From: Sarea resinae
Taxonomy: Eukaryota
Assembly (NCBI GenBank): GCA_026026165.1
Contig: JAPEUD010000005.1
Location: 558,001-622,000 of the forward strand
DNA length: 64,000 bases
Reading direction: 5' to 3'
Shown here: positions 62,475-64,000 of the stretch, in pieces
How positions within the stretch are numbered: position 1 is the stretch's first letter
Layout: each line of letters starts with the position of its first letter
Program-made: the position numbers and the translations under genes
The notes under the pieces: generated by a model
What the model was told of the DNA's origin: nothing
Database searches by the model: none
Seen by the model: the letters and a program-made list of their open reading frames with translations, nothing else

Positions 62475-63637
62475 ATGCAATTGCCCTTGCTCAACTCTCC
62501 TTCTATATGTGTCTCGCGCCCTGTCACTCTGCGCCAACGCATACACTCTTTTTTTACCAGGAGAACCGTCTCTCCGGCATATGCCCCGAGCACGTATGCC
62601 ACCAAAACACCGGGCCTAGACGAGGATGAGGATCCCGAGATGCTATCTAGCTCCCAGCAGCAGCAGCAGCAGCAGCGATCGCCATTGTATCCTTCCCCTT
62701 CGCATTTTGCGGGCGCAACATTCTCCGACGCAGAACGGCCGTCAGTCAACGTTGATAGCCCTTCTGGCGTGGACGGGAACAACAGATCACATGGTGTACC
62801 ACATCTTGCCGCAACGGACCCCAATATCAATCCAAGGGAGGGTTCCGATTCGGGGGCAACCCTCGAAAGAAGTCTACCTTCCAGTTCCGGCAGGAGAACT
62901 AGCCGATGTTGTTTCCCATGGATCAAGTCTCCCGACACCTGGCGCATGGCAATCTGGAGCCTAGCCTCTGGGGCGGTCTTGGCTGTACTCTTAACCACTT
63001 GTAAGTTTCCCCAAAGTTCCTTCGCCGGATGCTGAATTAACAACCCGGAAGATCTCGTCCTCATCTTCAGTGATCGCGTAAGCGGACAGGAAATCAACGT
63101 CCTCTTCATAATTCTCATCGTCATCATCGCCGTCGTCTTCTGCTATTCTCTTGCCAGGCTCTGTGTTCTGGGTTTGGGACCTGCTGGCGATCGAATATTT
63201 CCGACAGCACCGGCTACAATTGGATGTGATGGTTTCGCACAACCAGCACAGCCTATCAGAGTTCTATTGGCTAGGGACGAGGAATGCCAAAGGACCATGG
63301 ATGACTCCTTGATTCCTCGACCTCCGCCACCAGCATACGGGTTGTGGAGATATAGCGTGGTAAGATTTCAAAGTCGTTTTAGAGCACGTACGCAGTAACT
63401 CACGTATCCTTTCAGAAAGTTGATCCGGACCTCCTGCACTGGCAGCGAGCCAATATAATGCCCGTCCAAGATATGAGGCAAACCGGGCAACCTCCACAAG
63501 CAATGGGCCACCCGCCGACGTACGAATGCAACGATCGGGTGGAATATCCCATGGCACCCAGTTCGATGGCTCCAGCAAGTACTCAGGGTCAACTGTCTTC
63601 GGCGAGGCGAAGGATCGAGGCAGCGTCGATGTTTTGA
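62475..63637 (+). CDS. Uncharacterised fungal two-TM membrane protein with PPxY motifs, 3 exons
   Basis: Exons at about 62475-63000, 63052-63359 and 63416-63637 join in frame. Two hydrophobic helices, then PPPPAYGLWRYSV|KVDPDLLHW and HPPTY. Confidence 0.7.
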
Positions 63638-64000
63638 GTCGTATCTCACAGATCTAGAACGCGTACTATGCGTAGACGAGGAGGCAGAACAGGGGCGGAC
63701 GGGTACCCGACGATCATTAGCAGGGGGGCTCTTTCCCCATCTCCGTGCAACAGCCCATTGAGCTCGCGAGAGAGACAGCCCTCGGCCGGTCGCTGCGACC
63801 ACTGTAAATATACGGGCTTGGCCAGCCAGCCCAGAAATTAATGGATCAACCATCACCGCTGGCGCGAAGTTCTGGCTCGTACTTTCCCCTACACCGAATA
63901 GGCAGCTGTAGATCCCCTCCCTCTGTCAGCCGTAATGACTCTCCATTTGATAGATAAGGTACTGTGCTCTGCTCTCCCTCTCCGAGACAGATCGCATGGC

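Noticed and set aside
1..64000. tRNA, 5S rRNA, CRISPR arrays, secondary-metabolite cluster, TGA-CTA readthrough to a PTS1
   Set aside because: None recognised. The stops I checked lack the readthrough context, and the genes are housekeeping types. tRNAscan-SE/Infernal were not run.

Overview
This is a gene-dense eukaryotic window from a filamentous ascomycete (Pezizomycotina-type, with GT..AG introns and CTRAC/CTAAT branch sites). I can support 23 spliced or single-exon protein genes. Twenty-one fall in recognisable families: two tandem GPI-anchored Ser/Thr-rich wall proteins, SIL1, complex I 17.8 kDa subunit, PTA1, COA3, an EF-hand MscS channel, tubB-type alpha-tubulin, SPC2, EMC3, PXMP4, ABP1, a PEBP/Tfs1 protein, DNM1, MMS19, MTD1, RPF2, GRX4, CDC55, SUA5 and a Bol3-type BolA. 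Two are unnamed: a large F-box/zinc-finger protein and a PPxY membrane protein. Gene names come from motif recognition, not from database searches, and exon boundaries were read by eye. The main non-genic discovery is three copies of a tiny (about 120 bp) TGT...ACA element that looks like a solo LTR. The copies have exact, near-exact or degraded 5-bp target-site duplications and RIP-like mutations, and two of them bracket a degenerate ORF in inverted orientation. Other leads are probable dual-targeting N-termini (PEBP via two AUGs, SUA5 via an ACG start), a loose Fe-S gene neighbourhood (MMS19-GRX4-BolA), and a nested palindrome upstream of DNM1. I recognised no tRNA, rRNA or CRISPR feature.
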